NCBI GenBank assembly: GCA_965223415.1
Contig: OZ245002.1
Coordinates: 2,560,001 to 2,624,000, forward strand
Direction: 5' to 3'
DNA from: Myxococcota bacterium
GTDB taxonomy: Bacteria; Myxococcota_A; UBA9160; UBA6930
DNA: 64,000 nucleotides
Part shown: positions 29,875 to 40,687 of the stretch, piece after piece
Layout of the letters: each line of letters opens with the position of its first letter
Position numbering within the stretch: the stretch's first letter is position 1
Translations under genes and position numbers: made by a program
The notes under the pieces: model-generated
What the model saw: the letters and a program-made list of their open reading frames with translations, nothing else
Databases searched by the model: none
Told to the model about the DNA's origin: nothing

Positions 29875-31410
29875 ATGGGCGGCCACGCGCGGGTGCTCGG
29901 CGCCACCCTGCTCGGCATCGACGGGATCCCCGTGGAGGTCGAGGTCCGAATCAGCTCCCAGCTGCCGAGGATCAACATCGTCGGCCTGCCCGAGGCGGCG
30001 GTCCGCGAGAGCGCGGCGAGGGTGCGCGCAGCGGTGCAGGCGATCGGCATGCCCTTCCCGGATCGGCGCATCACCGTGAGCCTGGCCCCGGCGGCCTTGC
30101 GCAAGCAGGGGGCCGGCCTCGACCTGGCCATCGCCGCCGGCATCCTGGCTGCCGCGGGCACGATCCCACCGGACGTGATGGGCGGCGTCGGCCTGATCGG
30201 CGAGCTCGCCCTAGACGGGCGGCTGCGCCCCGTGCGGGGCGCGCTGGCCCTGGCCTCTTCCCTCCAGGCGGCCGGCTGCGGGCGCGTGATCCTGCCTGCG
30301 AGCCACGCCCGGGAAGCGGGCCTGCTCGGCGAGCCCGCCCCGGAGCTCGGCGGCCACCTGGGCGAGGTGATCGAGAGGCTGGCCACCGGCGAGGCGCTCG
30401 CCGCACCCGGAGCGAGCGAGCCGGAGGCCGACGGGCCCCGCGGCGCCCTGGATCTGGCCCTGGTCCGCGGCCAGGGCGAGGCCAAGCGGGCGCTCCTGAT
30501 CGCCGCCGCCGGCGGCCACGGCCTGCTCCTGCGCGGCGCCCCCGGCGCCGGCAAGACGCTCCTCGCCCGCTGTCTCCCGGGCCTGCTGCCGCCGCTCTCG
30601 AGGGCGGAGAGCCTCGAGGTCGCGCGCATCCACGATGCCGCCGGCCTACTGGACGATGCCGCGCCCCGCCGGCCCTTTCGCGCTCCGCACCACTCCGCCT
30701 CCCGCGCCGGCCTGCTCGGCGGCGGGCCCGCCCTCGCGCCCGGCGAAGTCACCCTGGCCCACCGCGGCGTGCTCTTCCTCGACGAGCTCCCGGAGTTCGA
30801 CCGGAGCGCGCTCGAAGCGCTGCGCCAGATCCTCGAGGAAGGCCGCGTCGCCCACGCCCGCGCCGTCGGCCGGGTCGTGCTGCCGGCCCGCTTCCAGCTC
30901 GTGGCCGCCGCCAACCCCTGCCGCTGCGGCTGGTATGGCTCCGGCGTGCGCGATTGCCGCTGCGACGACGGCGCCCTCGCCCGCTACGAAGCCCGCATCT
31001 CGGGCCCGCTCCTCGACCGCATCGATCTCCACCTGGCCGTGCAGCCGGTGCCCCTCGACGAGCTCGAACGGCGGCCGGAGGGTCCGGGCAGCGAGGCCCT
31101 CCGCGCCCGCGTGGTCGCCGCGCGCGAGCGCGGCGAGGCGCGCCTGGCCCGCGCGGGCCTAGCCGCCGAGCTCCGCCACAACGCCGCCATCCCCATCGGC
31201 GCCCTCGAAGAGCTGGTCCGTGCCACCCCGGACGCGCGCCGCGTGCTCTTCCGCGCCGCCGAGCGGCTCGCGCTCTCGGCGCGGGCGGCACACCGGCTGA
31301 TGCGGGTGGCGCGCACGATCGCAGACCTGGAAGGGGAGGAGCGGGTGGGGCCGGGGGAGATGGCGGAGGCGGTGGGGTATCGGCGTTCCCCGGGATCCGC
31401 GATCTCCTAG
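29875..31410 (+). CDS. comM: YifB/ComM family Mg-chelatase-like AAA+ ATPase
   Basis: IVGLPEAAVRES, LDLAIA, GELALDG, GAPGAGKT, PFRAPHHS, LFLDELPEF, NPCRCG, ISGPLLDRID. Confidence 0.9.
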   Translation: MGGHARVLGATLLGIDGIPVEVEVRISSQLPRINIVGLPEAAVRESAARVRAAVQAIGMPFPDRRITVSLAPAALRKQGAGLDLAIAAGILAAAGTIPPDVMGGVGLIGELALDGRLRPVRGALALASSLQAAGCGRVILPASHAREAGLLGEPAPELGGHLGEVIERLATGEALAAPGASEPEADGPRGALDLALVRGQGEAKRALLIAAAGGHGLLLRGAPGAGKTLLARCLPGLLPPLSRAESLEVARIHDAAGLLDDAAPRRPFRAPHHSASRAGLLGGGPALAPGEVTLAHRGVLFLDELPEFDRSALEALRQILEEGRVAHARAVGRVVLPARFQLVAAANPCRCGWYGSGVRDCRCDDGALARYEARISGPLLDRIDLHLAVQPVPLDELERRPEGPGSEALRARVVAARERGEARLARAGLAAELRHNAAIPIGALEELVRATPDARRVLFRAAERLALSARAAHRLMRVARTIADLEGEERVGPGEMAEAVGYRRSPGSAIS

Positions 31411-31465
31411 CGGGCCGCCCGGAGGGGTCTCGGGCCGAGGGCCCGGTCGGCCGAAGAGTCGCGCC

Positions 31466-33817
31466 ATGGACTCCTGCGATCGGAGCGATGCTTCCGGTGG
31501 AGCGACCCCGCTCCGCGGGCCCGGTTCCGCCTCCGATCGGGAGCGCGTCGAGGCCGAGCACACCAGCTGGCACGGCCGGATGCTCCGCACCCACCTGCGG
31601 GTGGGCCTTGTGCTCTCGGCGGTCTTCGGGGTGGCGTGGGCCTCCCTCGTCTCGCCGGCCTTCGCCTGGGTGTATCTCGGCGCCTTCCTCGGGTGGCTCG
31701 GGACCCTGCGGCTCCTCGACGCGACGGGGCGCCCGGTGCTCTGCGGGCGGATCGGCTGCGCGATCCTGTTCGGTGTCTGCGTGAGCACCGCGGCCCTGCT
31801 GGGCGGCCTCCACTCGAACTCGCTCTCCTGGCTCCTGCTCATGCCGGTCGCGGCCGCCACGGCGACCGTCGACAGGCGGGAGACCTGGGCGTGGGCGGGC
31901 GCCTCCGCATTGGCCGCGTGCGGCTTCTTCTTCTGGGCGGAGGCGGGAAGGCCGGCGGACGCACCGCTCATGGGAAACCTGGCGCCCCTCGTGCTCATCG
32001 TCCTCGGTCTCGGCGTCACCGCGACCCTCTGCCAGGTCTGGCGGACCTTCCAGACGGAAGCCGAGAGGAGGCTGGACGCACTGCTCGAGGCGCAGCGCAG
32101 CGAGGGCGAGAGCGTCCGGCTGTTCCGGGACGTCGCGACCCTGGTCAGTCGGGACGTCTCGTTCGAGCCGGTGGCGGCGGACGTGCTGCGACTGACCTGC
32201 GAGTCGCTCGACTTCCGAGAAGCCGAGATCTGGAGCTTCCGCCCGAGCGCGGGCACCTTCCTGCTGCGTGCCAGCCACCCGGTCGCCCTGTCGGCCTCGC
32301 CGCTCCGGGAGCCGGGGACGGGGCCGCTCGAAGAGCTCGACGTCCCGATCGCCTACGGAAGCGAGCGTCTCGGCAGCCTGCGCCTTCGTCGTCGCCCCGA
32401 GCGGGAACCCCGGACGAACACGGACGAGATCCTCAGCTCCATCGCCGGAGAGCTCTCCCACGCCCTCGCCCGGGAGCGAACCCGCGATTCGCTGCGCCTG
32501 GCGGCCGAGGTCGACGACCTCACCGGCCTGCCCAATCGTCGCGCGTTCCGCTCGCTCCTGAACGACGCCCTGTGCGAGGCGCGGCGGCACGAGCGGACGC
32601 TCGGCCTGCTCTACATCGACCTGAACGGCTTCAAGCGCATCAACGACAGCCTGGGGCACGCCGTGGGCGACCGGGTGCTCCGCGAGGTGGCTCGCCGGAT
32701 CACCCAGGCGATCCGGGGAAGCGACGCGATCTTCCGGAGCCCGCCGACGACGTCGGAGGTCGCGCGCCTCGGAGGCGACGAGTTCACGGTGATCCTCGAC
32801 GAGATCGCCGACCCGGCCAGCGCAGAGGTCGTCGCCCATCGCATCCTCGCGAACCTGGCGCGCCCGACCCGTGTCGACGGCCAGGAGCTCTACCTCGGCG
32901 CAAGCATCGGCATCGGCGTCTTCCCGGAGGACGCCGGTGAGATGGAGGCCCTGATCCAGTGCGCGGATTCGGCGATGTATGCGGCCAAGCGGCTCGCCCG
33001 ATCGGGCTGCCGACGATACCACCCGAACCAGGACAAGGGAGACCCGCTGGCCCTGGAGGCCGACCTCCGCGTCGCGCTGCGCGAGAGCCGGATCCGGCCC
33101 CATTACCAACCGATCGTCACGAGCGTGAGCGGCGAGGTCGTCGGTGCCGAGCTGCTCCTGCGCTGGCATCACCCCCTTCACGGCTGGATCCCGCCCGTCG
33201 ATTTCGTCGGCCTGGCGGAGCGCGTCGGACTCATCTCCGAGCTCGGCAACCTGGTCCTCGAGGAGGGCCTGGCCTTCCTCGAGGCCCACCACGAGCAGCT
33301 CGGACCGGGCTTCCGGCTCTCCCTCAACGTGTCGCCGAAGCAGATCGAGGACCTGGGCTTCCTGCATCGCGTCGCCCGGCGGCTGGCGTCGTCGCCCCTT
33401 CCCAACGCCATGCTGGAGCTCGAGGTGACCGAGACCGTGCTGATGGTGGACTCGGAAGAGACCTGGGAGCACATCGAGGCCCTGGCCGGTCTCGGCGTCG
33501 GCTTCGCCCTCGACGATTTCGGCACGGGCTACTCCTCGCTGTCGCTGCTCAAGCAGATGCCGATCCACCGGATCAAGATCGATCGGTCGTTCGTCAGAGG
33601 CCTTCCCGACGAGCCGCGAGACGTCGCGATCGTGGGCGCGATCCTGGGCATGGCGGCATCCCTCGGCATCCGCGTGGTGGCGGAAGGCGTGGAGGACGAA
33701 GCCCACCAGGCCTTCCTCGCCGAGAGGGGCTGCCAGGAGCTCCAGGGCTGGCTGTTCGCGAAGGCGATGGAGCCCGAGGCGTTCCTCGAATGGGTCGCGA
33801 CACGGGGAAACACCTGA
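31466..33817 (+). CDS. Membrane diguanylate cyclase/phosphodiesterase (GGDEF-EAL)
   Basis: N-terminal TMs; DDLTGLPNR; RLGGDEF; AELLLRW; DDFGTGYSS. Confidence 0.92.
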   Translation: MDSCDRSDASGGATPLRGPGSASDRERVEAEHTSWHGRMLRTHLRVGLVLSAVFGVAWASLVSPAFAWVYLGAFLGWLGTLRLLDATGRPVLCGRIGCAILFGVCVSTAALLGGLHSNSLSWLLLMPVAAATATVDRRETWAWAGASALAACGFFFWAEAGRPADAPLMGNLAPLVLIVLGLGVTATLCQVWRTFQTEAERRLDALLEAQRSEGESVRLFRDVATLVSRDVSFEPVAADVLRLTCESLDFREAEIWSFRPSAGTFLLRASHPVALSASPLREPGTGPLEELDVPIAYGSERLGSLRLRRRPEREPRTNTDEILSSIAGELSHALARERTRDSLRLAAEVDDLTGLPNRRAFRSLLNDALCEARRHERTLGLLYIDLNGFKRINDSLGHAVGDRVLREVARRITQAIRGSDAIFRSPPTTSEVARLGGDEFTVILDEIADPASAEVVAHRILANLARPTRVDGQELYLGASIGIGVFPEDAGEMEALIQCADSAMYAAKRLARSGCRRYHPNQDKGDPLALEADLRVALRESRIRPHYQPIVTSVSGEVVGAELLLRWHHPLHGWIPPVDFVGLAERVGLISELGNLVLEEGLAFLEAHHEQLGPGFRLSLNVSPKQIEDLGFLHRVARRLASSPLPNAMLELEVTETVLMVDSEETWEHIEALAGLGVGFALDDFGTGYSSLSLLKQMPIHRIKIDRSFVRGLPDEPRDVAIVGAILGMAASLGIRVVAEGVEDEAHQAFLAERGCQELQGWLFAKAMEPEAFLEWVATRGNT

Positions 33818-33882
33818 GAACCGATGCGCGCGCCGATGCATGGACGTTCAGCTCGGGTGGGATCCAACCGAAAGGGAACCCC

Positions 33883-35208
33883 ATGACGCGCCCCACACGA
33901 GTCCTTCTGTGTGTGTGCCTCGCCGTTCTGAGCGCGCCGCCCGGTGAAGCGACCAACGGCCACTTCCTCCACGGGGTCGGCTCCGAGAACCAGTCCCTGG
34001 GCGGGGCCGGTGCCGCCCACGCGGTCGACGCGGTCTCGGCCCTCACCTGGAACCCCGCATCCGGCGTGGCCCTCGATCCGGAGGTCTCGCTGGGCGTCGA
34101 GTGGTTCGTTCCCGATCGCACGCTCGAGAGCCGCATCGACGCCGGCGCGCTCGGCCCGGGCCTTCCCTTCTTCCAGGGCTCGACCCGTAGCGACACGAAC
34201 TCCGCCTTCCTTCCGACGTTGGGCGTCGCGCTCCGCTCGGAGGACTCGGACCTAACCTGGCTCGTCGCCATCTCCGGCGTCGCAGGCTTCGGCGTGGAGT
34301 ACGAGCTGGAGACGCCGGTCGCCCCGGGCAGCAACCCGCTGCTCACACCGCAGCCACCCCGGGGCTTCGGCTTCGGAGAGATCCAGTCCGAGTACCAACT
34401 GCTCACCCTGGCCGGGGGGCTCGCCTGGGAGATGGACGAGCACTGGTCCCTGGGCGTGGCCCTGGTCGCCGCCCAGTCGCGCCTGGAGATCAAGCCCGCA
34501 CCCTTCGCGGCACCTGACGACGCAGACGGCGACGGCTTCCCGACCTACCCGCAGGCCGACGAGCTGGAGCGCGCGTTCGGAGGCGGCTTCCGGATCGGCC
34601 TTCGCTACGCGCCGACCCCGGACCTCTCCTTCGGCGCGGCCTATGCCTCGCCGCTCTGGTTCGAGGACTTCGAGTGGTCGGCCCGCGACGAGCTGGGACG
34701 ACGACGCCGGATCGAGCTGGCCCTCGACCTTCCGGCCTACTGGAACGCCGGCTTCTCCTATCGCCTTCGCCCCACGACCCGCACTCACGTGGACGTGCGT
34801 TGGATCGACTACGAGCACACGGACGGCTTCGATCACCATGGCTTCGGCCCCGACGGTGCCGTCCGCGGCTTCGGTTGGGACAGCATCTGGGTGTTCGCTG
34901 CCGGTATCGAGCAGGACCTGGGCGAGCGCGTGCGCCTGCGCCTGGGATACAACTACGGTGAGAACCCGATTCCCGCGGAGCTCTCCTTCTTCAACACGCC
35001 CTCCCCGGCGATCGTGAAGCACCACCTGACCAGCGGGGCGAGCCTGAAGGTGAGTGACGCTCTCTGGCTCCACCTCGGCTACTACCACGCGTTCGAGAAC
35101 CGCAGCTCGGGGCCCTTCGTCACGCCCCTCGGCGAAGCGCGAGGCACGCGGGTACGGAACGAGCTGTCGGAGGATTCCTTCAGCCTCGCATTCACGGTGG
35201 AGCTCTGA
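33883..35208 (+). CDS. FadL/OmpP1/TodX family outer membrane transporter
   Basis: [10 protein letters not shown]...LGGAGAA...[16 protein letters not shown]. Confidence 0.85.
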   Translation: MTRPTRVLLCVCLAVLSAPPGEATNGHFLHGVGSENQSLGGAGAAHAVDAVSALTWNPASGVALDPEVSLGVEWFVPDRTLESRIDAGALGPGLPFFQGSTRSDTNSAFLPTLGVALRSEDSDLTWLVAISGVAGFGVEYELETPVAPGSNPLLTPQPPRGFGFGEIQSEYQLLTLAGGLAWEMDEHWSLGVALVAAQSRLEIKPAPFAAPDDADGDGFPTYPQADELERAFGGGFRIGLRYAPTPDLSFGAAYASPLWFEDFEWSARDELGRRRRIELALDLPAYWNAGFSYRLRPTTRTHVDVRWIDYEHTDGFDHHGFGPDGAVRGFGWDSIWVFAAGIEQDLGERVRLRLGYNYGENPIPAELSFFNTPSPAIVKHHLTSGASLKVSDALWLHLGYYHAFENRSSGPFVTPLGEARGTRVRNELSEDSFSLAFTVEL

Positions 35209-35441
35209 TGTCGGACCCGCAGCCGGAATCCGAAGAGGGCTGCCGCTGCGTCCACGCCGCGGACTGTCCCCTCTTCGAGCGCTTCAAGCTCTCGTCGGTG
35301 CTCCGCATCTGGCAGATTTACTACTGCGAGGAGCGCTTCGACGAGTGCGTGCGCTACCAGATGGACTGCCGCGGCGAACCCGTGCCGCCCACGCTCCTCC
35401 CGAACGGGAAGGACATGGCGGACGGAAAGGACCCGTCGTGA
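35208..35441 (+). CDS. Small Cys-rich hypothetical protein
   Basis: [10 protein letters not shown]...[13 protein letters not shown]...VPPTLLPNG; overlaps both neighbours. Confidence 0.7.
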   Translation: MSDPQPESEEGCRCVHAADCPLFERFKLSSVLRIWQIYYCEERFDECVRYQMDCRGEPVPPTLLPNGKDMADGKDPS

Positions 35442-36055
35442 GCGATCCGGCCTACTGGCCCTGGTGGCTCGGCGGACTGACGCTCGCGGCGGTGGCCGTG
35501 AGCCACGTAGCGGCCTCGGGCCGGCTCCTCACCGTCTCGGGCATCCTCTCTCGCGCCCTGCGCTGGCGCGAAGACGAGCGGGACCGCCAGAAGGAGCTCG
35601 AGCTGGCCCGCGGTGGGCTCGACGACGAGCTGCTGGCCGCGACGCTGGAGCAGTTCGGCGGCGGCCCTCCGGGCGCGACCGAGTCGGCGAAGCCCGCGGA
35701 GAGCGTCGCCTGCGAGTCCTCCCCGGTCGTCCGCCTGCGCGTCTCGGCCGGCGCCACCTTCATCGCGGCGTTGGTCGTGGGAGGCTTCGTCTCCGCCCTT
35801 GGCGACGGCCGGGCGACCCTGGGGCTCGGCCTGGGGCCGGAGTTCGGGCGTGTGATCGGTGGGGGCTTCCTCGCCGTGGGCGCGGCGCTCGGCGGCGGCT
35901 TCCTCGTGGGCTTCGGCGCACGGATGGCGGGCGGCTGCACCTCCGGTCACGGGCTCTGCGGCATGGGTCGCATGCAGGTGGGAAGCCTCGCGGCGACCTG
36001 CGCCTTCTTCGCGGGCGGCATCGTCGTGTCGTTCCTGCTGCGGAGCCTCGCGTGA
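35438..36055 (+). CDS. YeeE/YedE family sulfur transporter subunit
   Basis: [30 protein letters not shown]. Confidence 0.85.
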   Translation: MSDPAYWPWWLGGLTLAAVAVSHVAASGRLLTVSGILSRALRWREDERDRQKELELARGGLDDELLAATLEQFGGGPPGATESAKPAESVACESSPVVRLRVSAGATFIAALVVGGFVSALGDGRATLGLGLGPEFGRVIGGGFLAVGAALGGGFLVGFGARMAGGCTSGHGLCGMGRMQVGSLAATCAFFAGGIVVSFLLRSLA

Positions 36056-36474
36056 CGCTCTCCATCCCCTGCCACCTCTTGACGGGGAGCCTGGGGCTCC
36101 TGATGGGCTTCGGCCTGAGCCGGATGGGGTTCTCGGAGTTCGGCGAGGTGCACCGCATGTTCACCTTCGACGACCTGCGACTCACCTTCAGCTTCGCGGC
36201 CGCCGTCGTCCTCGTCGGCGTGGGCTTTCTCGGACTGAGCGCGCCGCGAAGGCACGCGCCCCGCCACATCCATCCCGGGACGGTGCCGGGCGGGCTCCTG
36301 TTCGGCGCCGGTTGGGCCCTGTGCGGCGCGTGTCCCGCCATTGCATGGGTGCAGCTCGGCGAGGGAAGGCTGCTCGCCCTTGCGTCCATCGCCGGCATCC
36401 TGCTCGGCACCGCGCTCTACCCGAAGGTCCACGCCCGGTTCTTCCGCTGGCCGAGCGAATCCTGCCAGGGCTGA
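36052..36474 (+). CDS. YeeE/YedE family (DUF6691-like) sulfur transporter subunit
   Basis: [29 protein letters not shown]. Confidence 0.85.
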   Translation: MTLSIPCHLLTGSLGLLMGFGLSRMGFSEFGEVHRMFTFDDLRLTFSFAAAVVLVGVGFLGLSAPRRHAPRHIHPGTVPGGLLFGAGWALCGACPAIAWVQLGEGRLLALASIAGILLGTALYPKVHARFFRWPSESCQG

Positions 36475-36572
36475 GCTCCGCGGCTTTCGCCGGGCCCCAG
36501 TAGCCGAGCCCCCTCAAGCTTCCGCCCGACCTTCCCGATGCAGGGAATCGCGGAATCGCGTGAGAGGACCCG

Positions 36573-37286
36573 ATGGACGAGCTGCCCTTCACCCTGATCC
36601 TGGACGACGAGAGCACCGGCCTCGGGAGCGTGGCGCTCCGCCTGCTGCGGCTGGGCATCGACGTCTTCTACGCCCCCGACCCGGATGAGGCCGTGCTCTT
36701 CTGCGGGCAGCCCGAAGCCCGGGGCGTCCGCGCGTTGATGTTCCCGGAGAGGCTCGATCTGGAGGCCCTCGGCCGTGTCCTGCCCCGGGTCCCCGCCAAC
36801 GCCGACGGCACGATCACGAGCCTCGTCGCGGTCGGGGAGCTCGTGGACGACGCGCTGCTCGACCGGCTGCGCAAGGCCGGCGTGGACCGCTGCCTGCGCG
36901 TCCCCTTCGACGACAGCACCCTTCGCTGGGTCGCGAACGAGGCCCGCTTCGACAAGAAGCACCAGCCGAAGCGCCAGCACCCCCGCGCTCCGACCGACCT
37001 GCTCTGCCGGGCCTCCTGGGGGCTGAAGCGCAAGGACCTGGTGTGCTCCACCCTCTCGTTGGGAGGCGCCTTCCTGGAGACGCCCACGCCGCTCGACGTG
37101 GGCCAGAAGATCAAGCTGCGCATCCCCTTGCCGAGCGGCGCGCTTACCCTGAGGGCGGTGGTGGCGAACCAGGCCGACGGCAGCGGGCTCCGGTCGACGG
37201 GCATGGGTGTGACCTTCCTCGAGCCCGGCTCCCAGGAAGAGCTCGCGGCCTACGTGGGCTCGCGCCTGGCCGAGTTCTCCCTCTAG
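36573..37286 (+). CDS. Receiver-like + PilZ domain protein
   Basis: KRQHPR (RxxxR) and TLSLGGAFL motifs; GMGVTF. Confidence 0.75.
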   Translation: MDELPFTLILDDESTGLGSVALRLLRLGIDVFYAPDPDEAVLFCGQPEARGVRALMFPERLDLEALGRVLPRVPANADGTITSLVAVGELVDDALLDRLRKAGVDRCLRVPFDDSTLRWVANEARFDKKHQPKRQHPRAPTDLLCRASWGLKRKDLVCSTLSLGGAFLETPTPLDVGQKIKLRIPLPSGALTLRAVVANQADGSGLRSTGMGVTFLEPGSQEELAAYVGSRLAEFSL

Positions 37287-37468
37287 GTGCGCTTGGGCAC
37301 GGGAACGGTGGCCCGCGGGAGAGTGTCAATTCACGGGCACCGGGCGCCGAATTCCGTCACCCGGAAGGGCGTCCAAGAACTGCCGACCGGGCACGGGTCG
37401 GCGTCTAACCGACTGGAATTCAAAGGAATTCAGAGGATCCCCCGAAGGCCGCCGGAGCTGGAGCAGGC

Positions 37469-37484
37469 TGGCACGCATCCTGCT
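37469..37484 (+). promoter_or_regulatory. Sigma54 promoter
   Basis: TGGCACGCATCCTGCT matches the -24/-12 consensus; upstream GTCGG-N7-CCGAC palindrome and AT-rich tract. Confidence 0.6.
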
Positions 37485-37514
37485 CTCTCCAGGGGCAGAA
37501 CCGAGGAGGCCAGC

Positions 37515-37718
37515 ATGGGCCGCACCGCCACGCGCAGGAAGGACGCAGGATTCGCCGGGGAGCAGCCGGTGGAGACCACGCTCCTCGAGCTGGTCCAGAC
37601 CCTCGGCGAGCTCACCGACGACGACCGCGAGGTGGTCGATACGGTGCTCGAGCTGCTGCGCGACGGGCGGGTCCGACTCACGGGCAACTTCGCGAACCAG
37701 CGGCTGGCCCTCGCCTAG
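37515..37718 (+). CDS. Small hypothetical protein
   Basis: GAGGAGG RBS; TTLLELVQTLGELTDDDREVVDTVLELLRDGRVRLTGNF. Confidence 0.7.
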   Translation: MGRTATRRKDAGFAGEQPVETTLLELVQTLGELTDDDREVVDTVLELLRDGRVRLTGNFANQRLALA

Positions 37719-37766
37719 GGGGCCGTTGACCCCACCGGGCCCGATCCCGATCATCCCTGCTCGGGG

Positions 37767-39488
37767 GTGATCATGAGCAAGCAGGGGAGCTTCGCGTTCT
37801 CGGCGGCGGGCGCGTCCAAGGGCGGCAAGGGACGGAAGGCCCCGGCGAAGAAGACCGCGGCCAAGCCCAAGAGCAAGGCGCCGGCGCGCAAGAAGGCGCC
37901 GGCCAAGGGCAGCCCGAAGCCGCGCAGCCGCGCCACCGCCAAGGAGATGGCCCGCAAGCAGCGGGACATCTCGGTCTCCGAGTTCTTCGCCAAGAACCGG
38001 CACCTGCTGGGCTTCGACAACCCGTCGAAGGCGCTCCTCACCACCGTGAAGGAAGGCGTCGACAACTCGCTCGACGCCTGCGAGGAGGCGGGCATCGTCC
38101 CCGACATCCGGGTCGAGATCCACCAGCTGGACGAGACGCGCTTCCGGGTGGCGATCGAGGACAACGGGCCGGGCATCGTGAAGGCCCAGGTGCCGAAGAT
38201 CTTCGGGCGGCTCCTCTACGGCTCGAAGTTCCATCGCCTACGGCAGAGCCGGGGCCAGCAGGGCATCGGCATCAGCGCCGCGGGCATGTACGGGCTGCTC
38301 ACCACCGGCAAGCCCGTTCACATCACCACCCGCACCGGCGCGAAGAAGCCGGCCCACCACTTCCAGCTCGTGATCGATACCAAGACGAACGAGCCCCGGG
38401 TGAAGAAGGACGAGACCGTCGAGTGGCCCCGGGAGCACGGCACGCGGGTGGAGATCGAGCTCGAGGGCGGCTACCGCGGCGGACAGCACTCGGTGGACGC
38501 CTACATCCGACAGATCTCGTTGGCCAACCCCCACGCGCGCCTCGAGTTCCTGCCGCCGAACCCGGAGAAGAGCAACGGGGTGATGCTCTTCGACCGGGTG
38601 ACCGAGGAGCTGCCTCCCGAGACCGCGGAGATCAAGCCGCACCCCTACGGGGTCGAGCTCGGCGTGCTCATGCAGATGTTCCGGGACACGCGCAGCCGAA
38701 ACGTGCGCGGATGCCTGCAGGCCGACTTCTCCCGGGTCTCGGGCCGCACGGCCGACGAGATCTGCAAGCATGCGAAGGTCCCGAACACGCGGCGGCCGAG
38801 CGAGGTGACCCGGGAGGAGGCCGAGCGTCTCCACAAGGGCATCCAAGCGACGAAGATCATGTCGCCGCCGACCGACTGCATCGCGCCGATCGGCGAAGAG
38901 CTGATCGAGAGCGCGCTGCGGCAGGAGGTGGAGGCGGACTTCTACGCCACCGTGACGCGCAGACCCACCGTCTACCGGGGCAACCCGTTCCTGATCGAGG
39001 TGGGGCTCGCCTACGGCGGCGCGCTCCCGGCGGACGATTCGGTGACGGCGTTCCGCTTCGCCAACCGGGTGCCCCTCCAGTACCAGCAGGGGGCATGCGC
39101 CATCACCAAGGCCATCACCGGCACCGACTGGAAGGCCTACCAGATGCAGCACCCGCGCGGCGCCATGCCGGTCGGACCCATGCTGCTGATGGTGCACATC
39201 GCGAGCGTGTGGGTGCCCTTCACCTCCGAGAGCAAAGAAGCCGTGGCCCACTACCCGGAGATCCTGAAGGAGATCCGGCTCGGCCTGCAGGAGTGCGGGC
39301 GGCGCGTCGCGACCCACATCCGCAAGCGCCGGCGGGAGGCCGACGAGGAGAAGAAGCGCGCCTACATCGTGAAGTACATCCCGCAGGTGGCTGTGGGGCT
39401 CCAGGAGATCCTAGGCTTCGCGGACAAGGAGCGGAACAAGGTCGTGAACGACCTCACCGACGTGCTCGAGAAGAGCAGGAAGCTCTAG
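37767..39488 (+). CDS. top6B: DNA topoisomerase VI subunit B
   Basis: SVSEFFAKNRHLLGF; KEGVDNSLDACEE; EDNGPG; LYGSKF; SRGQQGIGISAA; IKPHPYGVE; RFANRVPL; VPFTSESKEA. Confidence 0.95.
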   Translation: MIMSKQGSFAFSAAGASKGGKGRKAPAKKTAAKPKSKAPARKKAPAKGSPKPRSRATAKEMARKQRDISVSEFFAKNRHLLGFDNPSKALLTTVKEGVDNSLDACEEAGIVPDIRVEIHQLDETRFRVAIEDNGPGIVKAQVPKIFGRLLYGSKFHRLRQSRGQQGIGISAAGMYGLLTTGKPVHITTRTGAKKPAHHFQLVIDTKTNEPRVKKDETVEWPREHGTRVEIELEGGYRGGQHSVDAYIRQISLANPHARLEFLPPNPEKSNGVMLFDRVTEELPPETAEIKPHPYGVELGVLMQMFRDTRSRNVRGCLQADFSRVSGRTADEICKHAKVPNTRRPSEVTREEAERLHKGIQATKIMSPPTDCIAPIGEELIESALRQEVEADFYATVTRRPTVYRGNPFLIEVGLAYGGALPADDSVTAFRFANRVPLQYQQGACAITKAITGTDWKAYQMQHPRGAMPVGPMLLMVHIASVWVPFTSESKEAVAHYPEILKEIRLGLQECGRRVATHIRKRRREADEEKKRAYIVKYIPQVAVGLQEILGFADKERNKVVNDLTDVLEKSRKL

Positions 39489-39490
39489 CC

Positions 39491-40687
39491 ATGGCAGCTC
39501 GCAAGAAGGCGCCGGCCCGCAAGAAGGCCGCTCGCACCAAGACCTCGGACGTCCAGAAGAAGGCCAAGGAGGTCAAGGCGAAGAACGCGAAGCTGGACGC
39601 GTTGACCGTCGACCTGATCAAGGACACGGCCAAGGGCGTCCACCAGCGCATCAACCGGAAGGGCAAGCCCGACCTCCACTTCCCGATCCGCTCGCTGAAG
39701 AACGTCTCCTACTCCCAGAAGAAAGGCTACTTCGAGATCGGGAAGCAGAAGAAGACGCGCACCCTCACCGTGAACACGGTGAAGAGCTTCGCCCAGACCC
39801 TCCGCATGATGGGGCTCTCGAAGGAGATGGTCGAGTCGAACGACTTCGCCACGAAGCGGGACGCGTACTACCAGAGCAAGAACTGGGAGGACGCCCGCTT
39901 CGACGAGCAAACGGAAAGTGACGCGGTGATGGACGACATCGAGGCGATGTTCTCGGTGCGCGGCGTCTCCCGCGAGCAGCTGCGCTTCGTGCCGGACGAG
40001 CACGGCGGCGCGGTGGCGGGCAACCTCGTCGTCCTCGACCCGGACCGGGAGACCGGCGAGGTGGAGCGCATCGACTGCACCCGCTTCGGCTCCGGCGCCT
40101 ACTCGATCCCCTCGACCGTGGAGCACCTCTCCTTCGAGACCGACGCCAAGTTCGTGCTGGCCATCGAGACCGGGGGCGTCTTCCAGCGGCTCCAGAGCCA
40201 CAAGTTCTGGCAGACCTCGAACTGCATCCTGGTCTCGATGGCCGGCGTGCCCACCCGGGCGACCCGGCGCTTCATCCGCAAGCTTTCGGACGAGGCGAAG
40301 ATCCCGGTCTACGCCTTCGTGGATTGCGACCCCTACGGCATCTCGAACATCTACCGGACGCTGAAGGTCGGCTCGGGCAACGCCGCCCACCTCTCCCAGT
40401 TCTTCTGCGTGCCCCAGGCCCGGTACCTGGGCGTCACGCCGGCGGACATCCGGGAGTACGACCTGCCGACCCATCCGCTCCAGGACGTGGACGTGAAGCG
40501 AGCCCGGGACGCGCTCAAGAACGACCCCTTCTTCCAGACCCACAAGCCGTGGCAGAAGGCCCTGAACGATCTCCTCAAGATGGGCGTGCGCGCGGAGCAG
40601 CAGGCGCTGGCCAAGTGGGGGCTCAACTACGTGATCGAGGAGTACCTGCCGCGCAAGCTGGCCGCGCCGGGCCAGTTCCTGCCCTAG
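39491..40687 (+). CDS. top6A: DNA topoisomerase VI subunit A (Spo11 homolog)
   Basis: TKRDAYY (catalytic Tyr region); QTESD; AIETGG; DCDPYG Toprim; AEQQAL. Confidence 0.95.
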   Translation: MAARKKAPARKKAARTKTSDVQKKAKEVKAKNAKLDALTVDLIKDTAKGVHQRINRKGKPDLHFPIRSLKNVSYSQKKGYFEIGKQKKTRTLTVNTVKSFAQTLRMMGLSKEMVESNDFATKRDAYYQSKNWEDARFDEQTESDAVMDDIEAMFSVRGVSREQLRFVPDEHGGAVAGNLVVLDPDRETGEVERIDCTRFGSGAYSIPSTVEHLSFETDAKFVLAIETGGVFQRLQSHKFWQTSNCILVSMAGVPTRATRRFIRKLSDEAKIPVYAFVDCDPYGISNIYRTLKVGSGNAAHLSQFFCVPQARYLGVTPADIREYDLPTHPLQDVDVKRARDALKNDPFFQTHKPWQKALNDLLKMGVRAEQQALAKWGLNYVIEEYLPRKLAAPGQFLP

